Shown here: one piece after another, positions 1 to 8,497 of the stretch
How the letters are laid out: every line of letters starts with the position of its first letter
Numbering within the stretch: position 1 is the stretch's first letter
Assembly: GCF_000009705.1 (NCBI RefSeq)
Contig: NC_003272.1
Coordinates: 1,290,001-1,322,000, forward strand
Direction: 5' to 3'
From: Nostoc sp. PCC 7120 = FACHB-418
GTDB lineage: Bacteria; Cyanobacteriota; Cyanobacteriia; Cyanobacteriales; Nostocaceae
Length of the DNA: 32,000 nt
Program-made: the position numbers and the translations under genes
Notes under the pieces: model-generated
The model's database searches: none
The model's input: only the letters and a program-made list of their open reading frames with translations
What the model was told of the DNA's origin: nothing

Positions 1-2267
1 GCATACCCACCAATAATTTTCCAACCTGGTAATATTTCGCCAGCAATATCTAACTCAATACCTTGACTTCTTTGTTCACCTGTCTGAATCAAGAAGCCTG
101 GATTGTCCGGATCGTTGCTGAGTACATTAGATCGGGTGATTTGGTAAAAAGCCAAGGTGGTTGACAACTTCCTATCTAGCCAGTCTCCTTTGATCCCCAC
201 TTCGTACTGAGTACCACGTTCTGGCTGAAATAGCCGTTGATCGAAGCTGGTTCCTACTACTTGCGTAAATGAGCGGCTGTAGCTTCCATAAAGAGAGATG
301 TTTTTAGTGGGTTGGTATACTAAGCCAATCCGAGGGCTAAAGGCTTCATCTTGCAGGAAATTTATAGTCTCACCATTATCATCTTCTTGTTTTTGGCTAA
401 TAATATCAAAGCGTCCACCCAACAAAATTTTGAAGTTATCTGCTAATGTCATTTGGTCTTGCAGGTAGATACCCAGTCCATCAGTATTAGAAATGAAGTT
501 TGAACTTGGAGCGGATGAACCAATTGTCTGAGTTCCATAAACAGGATTGAACAAGTTGATTGGCTCTATTGCAAAATCTTGAGTATCACGGTTTCTGGTG
601 TCATCTCTTAATAAATCAAAGCCAAACAGCAATTTGTGTGCGATGCTACCTGTCTTAAAATCACCAACTACGTTGGTGTTTAATACGTAAACATTTCGCG
701 TACTTTCCAGCGATTGTGCAAACCGCACCAATGTCCGATTGTCTTCTAGCAACTCCAGTGGAAAGATAGCTTCATTTTGATACTCTTGGAATGCCGCCCG
801 GAGGGAATTGCGAAACTGCCAATTTTCGCTAAACCTATGCTCAAAGTTGTAGCCAAGACGGTAAACTTGGCGGTCATTTTTGTCAAATGATGGTTCGTTA
901 AGATTGCGACTTAGAGGAATTTCACCCTCAGGATTTGGCAAAACTGTACCCAGAGCAGGTAAGCCGTTATAGTTAGGATTCTTCGTAGATAGGTACTCTG
1001 CCTCCAAGGTTAGATTCGTATTTTTGTCAATCAACCATGTAAGAACCGGTGAGATAAAATACCGCTCATTATCAACGAAGTCAATGAAACTCCCAAGCTT
1101 GGAGGCCGATGCAGTCAGGCGATAGAGCAGCGTGTCATTGTCTCTGTTCAATGGCCCTGTCAAATCAACCCTACCCTCGTAAATATCAAAACTACCGACA
1201 GTACCTTCAATTTCATAAAACGGACTACTGAGAGGTTGTTTTGTGACAATATTGACTGTACCGCCTGGTGAACCCGATCCAAATAGCGCACCGGCCGGAC
1301 CTCTAAGAACTTCAATCCGTTCAATGTTAGCAACACCAGAACCTGCTGTGCCGATTGTTTCATCCCGGATTCCGTTGCGGAGGAAACTTTGACTGGAAAA
1401 TCCACGAAAATTAAAGCTTTCAAATGCAGATACAGGTGCGTCTTGAGAAATTACACCTGGTACAGCCCGTAAGGCATCGGTTACACGTTGTACTTGTTGA
1501 TCCTTTATAACTTCCTCAGGAACCACTTGAATGGAAAAAGGAGTATCACGGATAGGTGTGTTAGTTCTCGTCCCCCCCGTAGCATCCTCTACTTTATAAC
1601 CATCTTGCTCACCGGTTACCACTAGTTCAATTGGTTCTTCTGATTCTGCTGATGGTTGTTCTGGTTGAACTTGGCTTTCTGGTTGTGCTGGTGTAGGAGC
1701 AGTAGGTGCAGCAACTTCAAAAATTAAACCTTGATCACTATCAAACAACTCTACAGAGGGTACACTCGCTTCACCAGTAACTGTAACTCGAATAGTATTT
1801 GCATCTTGATTAGTTACAGTTACTTCCGTAATTCCGTTTATGGGATTTTCTTGACGAAATATACTACCACCAGATAGGCGCAATTGGGCATTGGGGATGT
1901 CAGCAATATAGGCGTTCCCCTCATTTCTACCGGATACTTGCAGTTGATCCCCTTTGGTAGTTTGGAAAATTATATCTAGCCCTTTTTGGGAAGGATTAAC
2001 TTGCACTCCCGTCACTTCGATGACTGAAACAGCAGGTGATGAACTCGGTGGAGGCGACTGTGCTAGCCATTGGACGCTTTTGGAGCGATCTATCTGATAA
2101 ATTCGTGGCTGCTTGGTAATTATTGTGTTGATTGCTTGATTGCTTGTCTGATCTGAGGTAGTCTCTGTTTCTGTACTTTTTATCTCTTGACTCAAAGTTG
2201 GAGCTATTAACGACAACGTAAACGAGCCTGTAAACAACAGACTTTGAAGTAACAATTGCAGTCTCAT
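1..2267 (-). CDS. TonB-dependent siderophore receptor with an N-terminal AMIN-like domain. Partial: the C-terminus lies beyond the window start.
   Basis: This ORF is missing from the track because it has no stop inside the window. My manual translation of the minus strand from the ATG at 2267 gives MRLQLLLQSLLFTGSFTLSLIAPTLSQ (signal peptide). An AMIN-like segment follows (VIEVTGVQVNPSQKGLDIIFQTT...ITEVTVTNQDANTIRVTVTG). Then comes a plug domain (TPFSIQVVPEEVIKDQQVQRVTDALRAVPGV...IERIEVLRGPAGALFGSGSPGGTVNIVTK) and beta-barrel repeats. The frame stays open to position 1. Confidence 0.9.
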   Translation of the reverse strand, partial: MRLQLLLQSLLFTGSFTLSLIAPTLSQEIKSTETETTSDQTSNQAINTIITKQPRIYQIDRSKSVQWLAQSPPPSSSPAVSVIEVTGVQVNPSQKGLDIIFQTTKGDQLQVSGRNEGNAYIADIPNAQLRLSGGSIFRQENPINGITEVTVTNQDANTIRVTVTGEASVPSVELFDSDQGLIFEVAAPTAPTPAQPESQVQPEQPSAESEEPIELVVTGEQDGYKVEDATGGTRTNTPIRDTPFSIQVVPEEVIKDQQVQRVTDALRAVPGVISQDAPVSAFESFNFRGFSSQSFLRNGIRDETIGTAGSGVANIERIEVLRGPAGALFGSGSPGGTVNIVTKQPLSSPFYEIEGTVGSFDIYEGRVDLTGPLNRDNDTLLYRLTASASKLGSFIDFVDNERYFISPVLTWLIDKNTNLTLEAEYLSTKNPNYNGLPALGTVLPNPEGEIPLSRNLNEPSFDKNDRQVYRLGYNFEHRFSENWQFRNSLRAAFQEYQNEAIFPLELLEDNRTLVRFAQSLESTRNVYVLNTNVVGDFKTGSIAHKLLFGFDLLRDDTRNRDTQDFAIEPINLFNPVYGTQTIGSSAPSSNFISNTDGLGIYLQDQMTLADNFKILLGGRFDIISQKQEDDNGETINFLQDEAFSPRIGLVYQPTKNISLYGSYSRSFTQVVGTSFDQRLFQPERGTQYEVGIKGDWLDRKLSTTLAFYQITRSNVLSNDPDNPGFLIQTGEQRSQGIELDIAGEILPGWKIIGGY

Positions 2268-2316
2268 TGATTTCCTCACACCAGGATAAAACACGTTAGT
2301 AACTATGGCTTAGAAG

Positions 2317-2335
2317 CTTAATGAAATTTATTAGC
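2317..2335. promoter_or_regulatory. Candidate Fur box upstream of the TonB-dependent receptor
   Basis: The 19-mer cttaatgaaatttattagc matches the E. coli Fur consensus GATAATGATAATCATTATC at 13 of 19 positions (counted by hand). It lies about 50 nt upstream of the receptor ATG at 2267. The surrounding sequence is AT-rich, so a chance match is possible. Confidence 0.25.
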
Positions 2336-2633
2336 AACTAACTTATTTTCAATTAGACTATACATATTATCAAGATTTAGCAATACCTTCGCCAAAAAAA
2401 GAGTATGAAGATGTAGGGCTACCGCTACCGTCTTAAGCGGCTACAAAAAGGGCTGGAATGCAGACAGAATAAGCTTTGTAGCTCTTTAACCTTGTTGATA
2501 AGCAAGGAAGCTTATTAGGATTTAATATTAATAACTGGGCTACTAACTCGCTTGTTTCTTCGATAAAATTGACTCAGTTAGCTCCATATAATCAGATATA
2601 AAAACTATTAGTCCACCAAGCTAATTTTGCTAA

Positions 2634-2942
2634 GTAATACCTCTAATTGGTAAACTAGCCAAAAACAGGGGTGTAAGAGGGTGTTTCAATCTTGCTTACG
2701 AAGACGCTGCGCCAGCCGCCTTAATTGGAGCTAGCAATCATTTTGAAGTGGCGATCGCTACAGCCGTGATGCTGTTTGGGTTGAACTCTGGCGCTGCACT
2801 CGCCACAGTCGTGGGTGTTTTAATTGAAGTTCCCGTCATGTTGATGTTAGTCGAGTTATGCAAACGCACAGCATCTTGGTTTCCACGCCAACCGGAAAAG
2901 GCAACTTTACGAGATCCGCGCTGTATCACTTCTTTTCACTGA
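2634..2942 (+). pseudogene. acr3: C-terminal remnant (about 100 codons) of an ACR3-family arsenite efflux permease
   Basis: The open frame after the TAA at 2631-2633 reads ...[60 protein letters not shown]..., which is the conserved C-terminal TM region of Acr3 permeases. No upstream coding continuation exists. A full-length gene would have to start inside the receptor gene. Confidence 0.75.
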
Positions 2943-3274
2943 GGTAGTTTCAAAGCGTCTCGCAAAGCTTCTATTTGTTCTGGTATCAGTCGATAGTAAA
3001 TCCAAGTACCCCGGCGCTCTTTTGCCAACAAACCAACTTCATACAACACCTTGAGGTGATGGCTGACTGTCGGTTGAGACAATCCCAAAGGTTCTGTTAA
3101 CTCACACACGCAGGCTTCACCGCTTGGCTGATTAGCGATAAAACTCAGCAGTTGCAAGCGAGCGGGTTCTCCCAACACTTTAAAGATAGCGGCGGTTTGT
3201 ACTGCTTCTTCATGCTTGATAAATCCTGAAAGTACCGATTTACAACAGTTAAACATTGGTTGAGGAAAGTTCAT
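2936..3274 (-). CDS. arsR: ArsR/SmtB-family arsenic-responsive repressor
   Basis: wHTH core [44 protein letters not shown] carries the CVC As(III)-binding motif. I prefer the start at the internal ATG ([13 protein letters not shown], 3274). The upstream extension to 3343 would be encoded by the operator-like palindromes. Confidence 0.85.
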   Translation of the reverse strand: MNFPQPMFNCCKSVLSGFIKHEEAVQTAAIFKVLGEPARLQLLSFIANQPSGEACVCELTEPLGLSQPTVSHHLKVLYEVGLLAKERRGTWIYYRLIPEQIEALRDALKLPQ

Positions 3275-3280
3275 ACTTTT

Positions 3281-3300
3281 ATATTGACATCTATCAATAT
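3281..3300. promoter_or_regulatory. Operator-like palindrome 1 in the arsR/arsI divergent region
   Basis: atattgaCATCTAtcaatat has 7-bp perfect inverted arms (ATATTGA/TCAATAT). It lies 7 nt upstream of the preferred arsR ATG. Confidence 0.5.
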
Positions 3301-3326
3301 ATCTGGCAACATATTGATGAAGACAA

Positions 3327-3346
3327 ATATTGATAGATATCAATAT
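3327..3346. promoter_or_regulatory. Operator-like palindrome 2 in the arsR/arsI divergent region
   Basis: atattgataGAtatcaatat has 9-bp perfect inverted arms and shares the ATATTGA/TCAATAT core with site 1. It lies 26 nt upstream of the arsI ATG. A further half-site, catattgatga, is at 3310-3320. Confidence 0.5.
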
Positions 3347-3371
3347 TTAAATATTACTAGGAGAAAAACTC

Positions 3372-3824
3372 ATGTCCGTTATGAAAACACACGTAGCCTT
3401 AAATGTCACCAATATTGAGAAGTCTGTAACATTTTATAGAGCCATGTTTGGCTTAGAACCAGTCAAGTATAAAACCGACTACGCTAAATTTGATATTCCT
3501 AACCCAGCCTTAAACCTGACACTGAATTTAACTAATAATGTGCAGATTGGTGGTGCATTGTCTCATTTAGGTGTACAAGTTGAAAGTACTCAAGAAGTAC
3601 AATCAGCTATCGAACGATTTAACGAAGCAGGACTAGATTTATTTACAGAGGATAATACTGATTGTTGCTACGCTTTACAAGACAAAGTATGGGTAACAGA
3701 TCCAGATGGGAACCGTTGGGAAGTTTTTGTGGTAAAAGTAGCAGATACAGCGCCAGAAAAGAATCTTGCAACAGTAAGTTCTTCTGGGGAAATTCAGGCT
3801 GTCAAGAAGTCATGTTGTGCTTAG
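3372..3824 (+). CDS. arsI: ArsI-type C-As lyase (glyoxalase/extradiol dioxygenase fold)
   Basis: 150 aa of the VOC/glyoxalase family. It has H7, H65 and E117 as a candidate Fe(II) triad and the vicinal cysteine pair C98-C99 (TDCCYAL) characteristic of ArsI. It sits between arsR and arsC. An aggag RBS is upstream. Confidence 0.8.
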   Translation: MSVMKTHVALNVTNIEKSVTFYRAMFGLEPVKYKTDYAKFDIPNPALNLTLNLTNNVQIGGALSHLGVQVESTQEVQSAIERFNEAGLDLFTEDNTDCCYALQDKVWVTDPDGNRWEVFVVKVADTAPEKNLATVSSSGEIQAVKKSCCA

Positions 3825-3888
3825 ATAATAACGATATTTAACAGAGGCGAAAATCGTCTCTGTTTATCTTCTGTAAGAGGGAGAAATC

Positions 3889-4284
3889 ATGAAAAAAGTA
3901 ATGTTTGTATGTAAACATAATTCTCGGCGATCGCAAATGGCAGAGGGCTTTACTAAAATATTAGGTAAAGATAATATCGCTGTGACTAGTGCAGGTTTAG
4001 CCGTTAGTCAGATAGATCCATTTGCCATAGAAGTCATGTCAGAAATTGGGATTGATATTAGTAACCAGACTTCTAAGCCTTTAGAAAATTTCCATCCAGA
4101 AGAGTATGACGCAGTAATTTCCTTATGTGGTTGCGGTATGAATTTACCAGAAGCTTGGGTATTACGAGATATATTTGAAGATTGGCAACTTGATGATCCT
4201 CAAGGAGAATCTATAGAAACTTTTCGCCGTGTGCGTGATGAGATTAAAGAAAGAGTGGTAAAGTTAATCGCATTACTCAACTAA
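3889..4284 (+). CDS. arsC: Arsenate reductase, LMW-PTPase type
   Basis: P-loop motif C8-KHNSRRS, plus C80 and C82 (SLCGCG). This is the same three-cysteine layout I recall for the Synechocystis glutaredoxin-coupled ArsC. Confidence 0.85.
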   Translation: MKKVMFVCKHNSRRSQMAEGFTKILGKDNIAVTSAGLAVSQIDPFAIEVMSEIGIDISNQTSKPLENFHPEEYDAVISLCGCGMNLPEAWVLRDIFEDWQLDDPQGESIETFRRVRDEIKERVVKLIALLN

Positions 4285-4383
4285 ATCAAAGCCTTTTGAT
4301 TAACGCTTCTAGTACTAAACTGTATTTAATTAGGAGATAGGAAAGAATTTCTCCCTCATCTCCATCTCTGCGCCTCTACGTGA

Positions 4384-5811
4384 TTAAATTCTCCTAAAAT
4401 TCAACTGTTCCTCAGTAACCCAGATACCATGAAAACCGTAAGGTACTCGTTGGGGAAGTAGCACTCGCGCTATCGGTTCACTATTAATATCTTGGGCATT
4501 TATAACAACTAATTCAGAACTCTCTTCACCAGTATCGTAAACGTAAGTAATTAACCAGCCATCATCCTCAACTGTTGCACCAGGACGAGGTACAAAAACA
4601 GCTTCACTCCCATAACGTCCCTGTCCATATTCATAATTTTGAGACTTAGCATTGCTGAGGTCGTATTTAATTAAACCCTCAAACAAAGGTATAGAACCTT
4701 TTGCTAACCGACTAGTGTAGCCGTATTGCGTTGGTTGTCCTAAGAAATTTTCATTGATACGGGGAAATTCTGAGGCGACATCATCCAGCATTTCTTCATG
4801 TACTTTTCCAGTTTTGAGGTGAAAGCGCCAACGATGTAAACGGGGAATGTCTGCTTCTGGGTCGGTTTGGGAATCAGGGGAAGCTAGAACAGTAGTAGAA
4901 CGCATGGGACAAGCAAAAAGTACTACTTCGTCTTTGTCTTCGTAGGCGTTGAGAGTGTGGAAAACGTAGCAAGAGGGAGCTTCAAACCAGCGAATCTGAC
5001 TATTGTCGCCATGACGGGGTAGAATACCAAAGCGACTAGGGCGATCGCTCTCAAACATTAGCATGGGTTCTCCCCGTTGCATCCGTTCTACACTAAAAGT
5101 CAACGGTAAATCCATAAAAATTGTGTAGTTGGCAGTGATAGCAAAGTCGTGCATCATCACCCCCATAGGTAAATCTATAGGTACTGTTCGCACCAGTTCT
5201 CCTGTTGCGGAAACTACGCTGTAGTGTAGATATGGTGGTGCAAATGAGTAGCCGAAAAACATCATTTCCCCTGTCACTGGGTCTACTTTAGGATGGGCGG
5301 TAAAAGCAGAACTTAGCTGGTTATTGTAGGTATACTCACCAATGCTTGCTAAATCGGGAACTTGAATTGCGTAAGGTGCGCCGCCTTCCCATAATGCTAA
5401 TAGTTGTCCTGCGTGCCAGATGAGGGCAGTATTACCAGTGTTTCTGCTAGGGAGTTCTGTCTGGGGTGGTTCCATCAATCCTGTCCAGATGGCTTGACCC
5501 GCCTCATGTTCAATTTGCCATCTTTGAGTGCGGACGTAGCGATTGCGATAAGTAGCTTTACCGTTGCTAATTCTGACACCGTGTAACATCCCATCACCAT
5601 CAAACCAGTGATATTGTCCGATGGGTGTCCATTGGGGGTTCGGGCCGTTGCGGACAAACATCCCTGATAATTCCGGAGGTAGTTCACCGATAACTTTTAA
5701 GGTGTCAGTAGTAATTTCTTCGTGGACAGGTGCAAAATTACCCTCTAGATAGGGATTGACGGCTGTTGTGGTCATGGTGTTGGATGAGAAAGTGAGTGAA
5801 TCTTTTACCAT
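4384..5811 (-). CDS. Carotenoid cleavage dioxygenase (RPE65/CCD family)
   Basis: 475 aa with the N-terminal NPYLEGNFAPV motif. All four iron-ligand histidine contexts are present: FTAHPKVDP, MMHDFAIT, YVFHTLNAYE and PYGFHGIWV. The start could instead be the ATG at 5775 (MTTTAVNPY). Confidence 0.9.
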   Translation of the reverse strand: MVKDSLTFSSNTMTTTAVNPYLEGNFAPVHEEITTDTLKVIGELPPELSGMFVRNGPNPQWTPIGQYHWFDGDGMLHGVRISNGKATYRNRYVRTQRWQIEHEAGQAIWTGLMEPPQTELPSRNTGNTALIWHAGQLLALWEGGAPYAIQVPDLASIGEYTYNNQLSSAFTAHPKVDPVTGEMMFFGYSFAPPYLHYSVVSATGELVRTVPIDLPMGVMMHDFAITANYTIFMDLPLTFSVERMQRGEPMLMFESDRPSRFGILPRHGDNSQIRWFEAPSCYVFHTLNAYEDKDEVVLFACPMRSTTVLASPDSQTDPEADIPRLHRWRFHLKTGKVHEEMLDDVASEFPRINENFLGQPTQYGYTSRLAKGSIPLFEGLIKYDLSNAKSQNYEYGQGRYGSEAVFVPRPGATVEDDGWLITYVYDTGEESSELVVINAQDINSEPIARVLLPQRVPYGFHGIWVTEEQLNFRRI

Positions 5812-5919
5812 CTTAGCGATTGTGTTCCGCCCACTGTGCTTTCTAATACCCAGGTTAGCCGTCCACAGACATTAACTAATTGTTCGCATTCTGACATTGA
5901 AAATAAGTGAGAATCAAAA

Positions 5920-6558
5920 GTGAGCCTAAATCTTTATTTACTTCGTCACGGACAAACAGAATGCAGCCGTAATAATGCCTTTTGCGGTTCAATCGACTCA
6001 TCACTGACCCCAGAAGGTTTGGAAATGGCAAAAGCTTTTGCGTCTACCTATAGTTCAGTCTCTTGGACAGCTATTTTTTCCAGTCCCATGCAGCGAACTA
6101 TGGACACAGCCAAACCTTTAAGTGAAGCAATAGGAATTAAACCAGAACTGCGGGATGGTTTAAAAGAAATTAATTACGGCCAATGGGAAGGCAAAACCCC
6201 AAAACAAATCAACCAAGAATACCACGATGATTATATTCGCTGGTCGGCTGACCCTGCGTGGTATGCTCCTACTGGCGGAGAAATGGCTATCACAATTGCA
6301 TCTCGCGCTATGGGAGTAATTGAAGAAATTAAACATCTGTATACTAGTGGCAATGTTTTGGTAGTTTCTCACAAAGCCACCATTAGAATTATTTTGTGCA
6401 GTCTGTTAGGAATTGATGTTGGACGTTTTCGCTATCGTTTAGGATGTCCAGTCGCTTCAGTTAGTCTTGTAGAATTTACTGCTCACGGCCCCATTTTACA
6501 GATGTTAGCCGATCGCACTCATTTAAATGAGCATTTACGCAACTTAGCGGGAACGTAA
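5920..6558 (+). CDS. Histidine phosphatase family protein (phosphoglycerate mutase-like)
   Basis: LYLLRHGQTE catalytic RHG motif at the N-terminus, plus VVSHKATIR (second His). GTG start. Confidence 0.85.
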   Translation: MSLNLYLLRHGQTECSRNNAFCGSIDSSLTPEGLEMAKAFASTYSSVSWTAIFSSPMQRTMDTAKPLSEAIGIKPELRDGLKEINYGQWEGKTPKQINQEYHDDYIRWSADPAWYAPTGGEMAITIASRAMGVIEEIKHLYTSGNVLVVSHKATIRIILCSLLGIDVGRFRYRLGCPVASVSLVEFTAHGPILQMLADRTHLNEHLRNLAGT

Positions 6559-6651
6559 ACTAATCCCCAGTCCCCATTTTCCATACAACAGGGCAGCAAT
6601 GGCTAATAATATAAGAAGGCGCTTCACACTTCTTAATTATTTAGTTTTACT

Positions 6652-8160
6652 ATGGCCAGAGATTTACGAGGATTCATTAAAATTTTAGAAGAAAGAGGAC
6701 AATTACAGCGAATTTCCGCTTTAGTTGACCCAGATTTAGAAATTGCAGAAATTTCTAATAGAATGCTGCAAAAAGGTGGGCCGGGCTTATTATTTGAAAA
6801 TGTCAAAGGCGCATCTTTCCCCGTTGCTGTCAATTTAATGGGAACGGTGGAGAGGATATGCTGGGCGATGAATATGCAGCATCCCCAAGAATTAGAGACT
6901 CTGGGTAAAAAGCTGAGTATGCTGCAACAACCAAAACCACCCAAGAAAATTTCTCAGGCGATAGATTTTGGTAAAGTGCTGTTTGATGTGTTGAAAGCGA
7001 AACCGGGACGGGATTTTTTTCCGGCTTGTCAGCAAGTGGTAGTTCAAGGTGATGATGTAGATTTAAATACGTTACCTTTAATACGTCCTTATCCTAGTGA
7101 TGCTGGCAAGATTATTACCTTAGGACTAGTGATTACTAAAGATTGTGAGACAGGTACGCCAAATGTGGGGGTGTATCGCTTACAACTGCAATCCAAGAAT
7201 ACGATGACCGTACACTGGTTATCCGTGCGGGGTGGGGCGAGACATTTACGCAAAGCTGCTGAACGTGGTAAAAAATTAGAGATTGCGATCGCCCTTGGTG
7301 TAGATCCCTTAATTATCATGGCAGCCGCCACACCCATTCCTGTAGATTTATCAGAGTGGCTATTTGCTGGATTGTACGGCGGTTCTGGTGTGCAGTTAGC
7401 CAAATGTAAAACTGTAGATTTAGAAGTTCCCGCAGATTCCGAGTTTGTCTTAGAAGGAACCATTACACCAGGGGAAATATTACCAGACGGCCCCTTCGGC
7501 GACCACATGGGCTATTATGGCGGCGTGGAAGATTCTCCCTTGATTCGCTTCCAGTGCATGACCCACCGCAAAGACCCGATTTATTTGACTACATTTAGCG
7601 GTCGTCCACCCAAAGAAGAAGCGATGATGGCGATCGCACTTAATCGCATTTATACCCCAATTCTACGGCAACAAGTCTCAGAAATTGTTGATTTCTTCCT
7701 GCCAATGGAAGCATTGAGTTACAAAGCTGCGATTATTTCCATTGATAAAGCATACCCTGGACAAGCAAGAAGGGCAGCCTTAGCTTTTTGGAGTGCTTTA
7801 CCCCAATTCACATACACCAAATTCGTCATTGTCGTCGATAAAGACATTAACATTCGTGACCCGCGTCAAGTAGTATGGGCGATTAGTTCCAAAGTTGACC
7901 CCACACGGGACGTATTTATTCTCCCGAATACACCATTTGACACCTTAGATTTTGCCAGTGAAAAAATTGGTTTAGGTGGACGTATGGGAATTGATGCAAC
8001 TACTAAAATTCCCCCAGAAACAGACCACGAATGGGGTGCGCCTTTAGAATCTGATGCAGATGTAGCAGCGATGGTTGAACGACGATGGGCTGAGTATGGT
8101 TTAGCAGACTTGCAATTAGGAGAAGTTGACCCCAACTTGTTTGGTTACGATATGAAATAG
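6652..8160 (+). CDS. ubiD: UbiD-family (prFMN-dependent) decarboxylase, probably in plastoquinone biosynthesis
   Basis: 502 aa. The N-terminus DLRGFIKILEERGQLQRI is typical of UbiD. Family-like blocks run along the whole length (NVGVYRLQ, HWLSVRGGARH). Confidence 0.9.
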   Translation: MARDLRGFIKILEERGQLQRISALVDPDLEIAEISNRMLQKGGPGLLFENVKGASFPVAVNLMGTVERICWAMNMQHPQELETLGKKLSMLQQPKPPKKISQAIDFGKVLFDVLKAKPGRDFFPACQQVVVQGDDVDLNTLPLIRPYPSDAGKIITLGLVITKDCETGTPNVGVYRLQLQSKNTMTVHWLSVRGGARHLRKAAERGKKLEIAIALGVDPLIIMAAATPIPVDLSEWLFAGLYGGSGVQLAKCKTVDLEVPADSEFVLEGTITPGEILPDGPFGDHMGYYGGVEDSPLIRFQCMTHRKDPIYLTTFSGRPPKEEAMMAIALNRIYTPILRQQVSEIVDFFLPMEALSYKAAIISIDKAYPGQARRAALAFWSALPQFTYTKFVIVVDKDINIRDPRQVVWAISSKVDPTRDVFILPNTPFDTLDFASEKIGLGGRMGIDATTKIPPETDHEWGAPLESDADVAAMVERRWAEYGLADLQLGEVDPNLFGYDMK

Positions 8161-8175
8161 AACGCCAATTACGCA

Positions 8176-8497
8176 TTAACGTGACGTGAGTTAACTTGAG
8201 TTCGATGACCTCTCTCCAAACCCCTCTCTCTTGAAAAGTTCTGATCGGAGGAAACCTCCTCTCAGACTTTTCGCTCCTACTCGGCTACGGTGTACACACA
8301 TCTTTGTGCTGGGTGCAAAATGTGGTTTGATCCCCCTAAATCCCCTTAAAAAAGAGGACTTTGATTCTTTTTCCCCCTTTTTTAAGGGGGCTAGGGGGGA
8401 TCAAAAGGTTATGGGGCTAGGTTATTAGACTTGTGTGTACACCGTAGGACGTGGAGAGGTTTGGAGAGTTGTTTTTTAGATTCGTCAAATCACGTTA
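8176..8497. repeat. Nested imperfect palindrome (Russian-doll MITE-like structure) downstream of ubiD
   Basis: Concentric inverted repeats, from outside in:
- ttaacgtga (8176-8184) with tcacgttaa (8489-8497).
- ctctccaaacc.. (about 8212-8228) with ..ggtttggagag (8454-8468).
- acggtgtacacaca (8287-8300) with tgtgtgtacaccgt (8432-8445), a perfect 14 bp pair.
- An inner 74-bp element at 8329-8402 with gatccccc termini. Confidence 0.7.
8329..8402. mobile_element. 74-bp palindromic element with gatcccccta...tagggggatc termini, copy 1
   Basis: gatccccctaaatcccctt...aagggggctaggggggatc. A second, clearly related 74-bp copy is at 22349-22422. Confidence 0.7.

Noticed and set aside
1160-1423. 87-aa minus-strand ORF from the track
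   Set aside because: It lies in a different frame inside the TonB-dependent receptor gene. The receptor frame is open from 2267 to the window edge and shows plug and barrel motifs.
2738-2929. 63-aa minus-strand ORF
   Set aside because: It is antisense to the acr3 remnant and has no recognisable features. The plus-strand frame carries strong Acr3 C-terminal similarity.
3275-3343. N-terminal 23-codon extension of arsR (MISINICLHQYVARYIDRCQYKS)
   Set aside because: It is encoded by the AT-rich operator palindromes and resembles nothing in ArsR proteins. The internal ATG at 3274 gives a normal-length ArsR.
4285-4383. Possible bidirectional terminator between arsC and the carotenoid dioxygenase gene (ggagat...atctcc)
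   Set aside because: There is only a 6-bp outer stem with poorly pairing interior and no U-tract, which is too weak to call.
6633-8135. Minus-strand ORFs of 103, 139 and 89 aa
   Set aside because: They are antisense to the well-supported ubiD gene and have low-complexity or odd composition.
8231-8428. 65-aa plus-strand ORF (…PLNPLKKEDFDSFSPFFKGARGDQK…)
   Set aside because: It is a translation of the nested palindromic repeat. The same repeat at 22349-22422 is non-coding.
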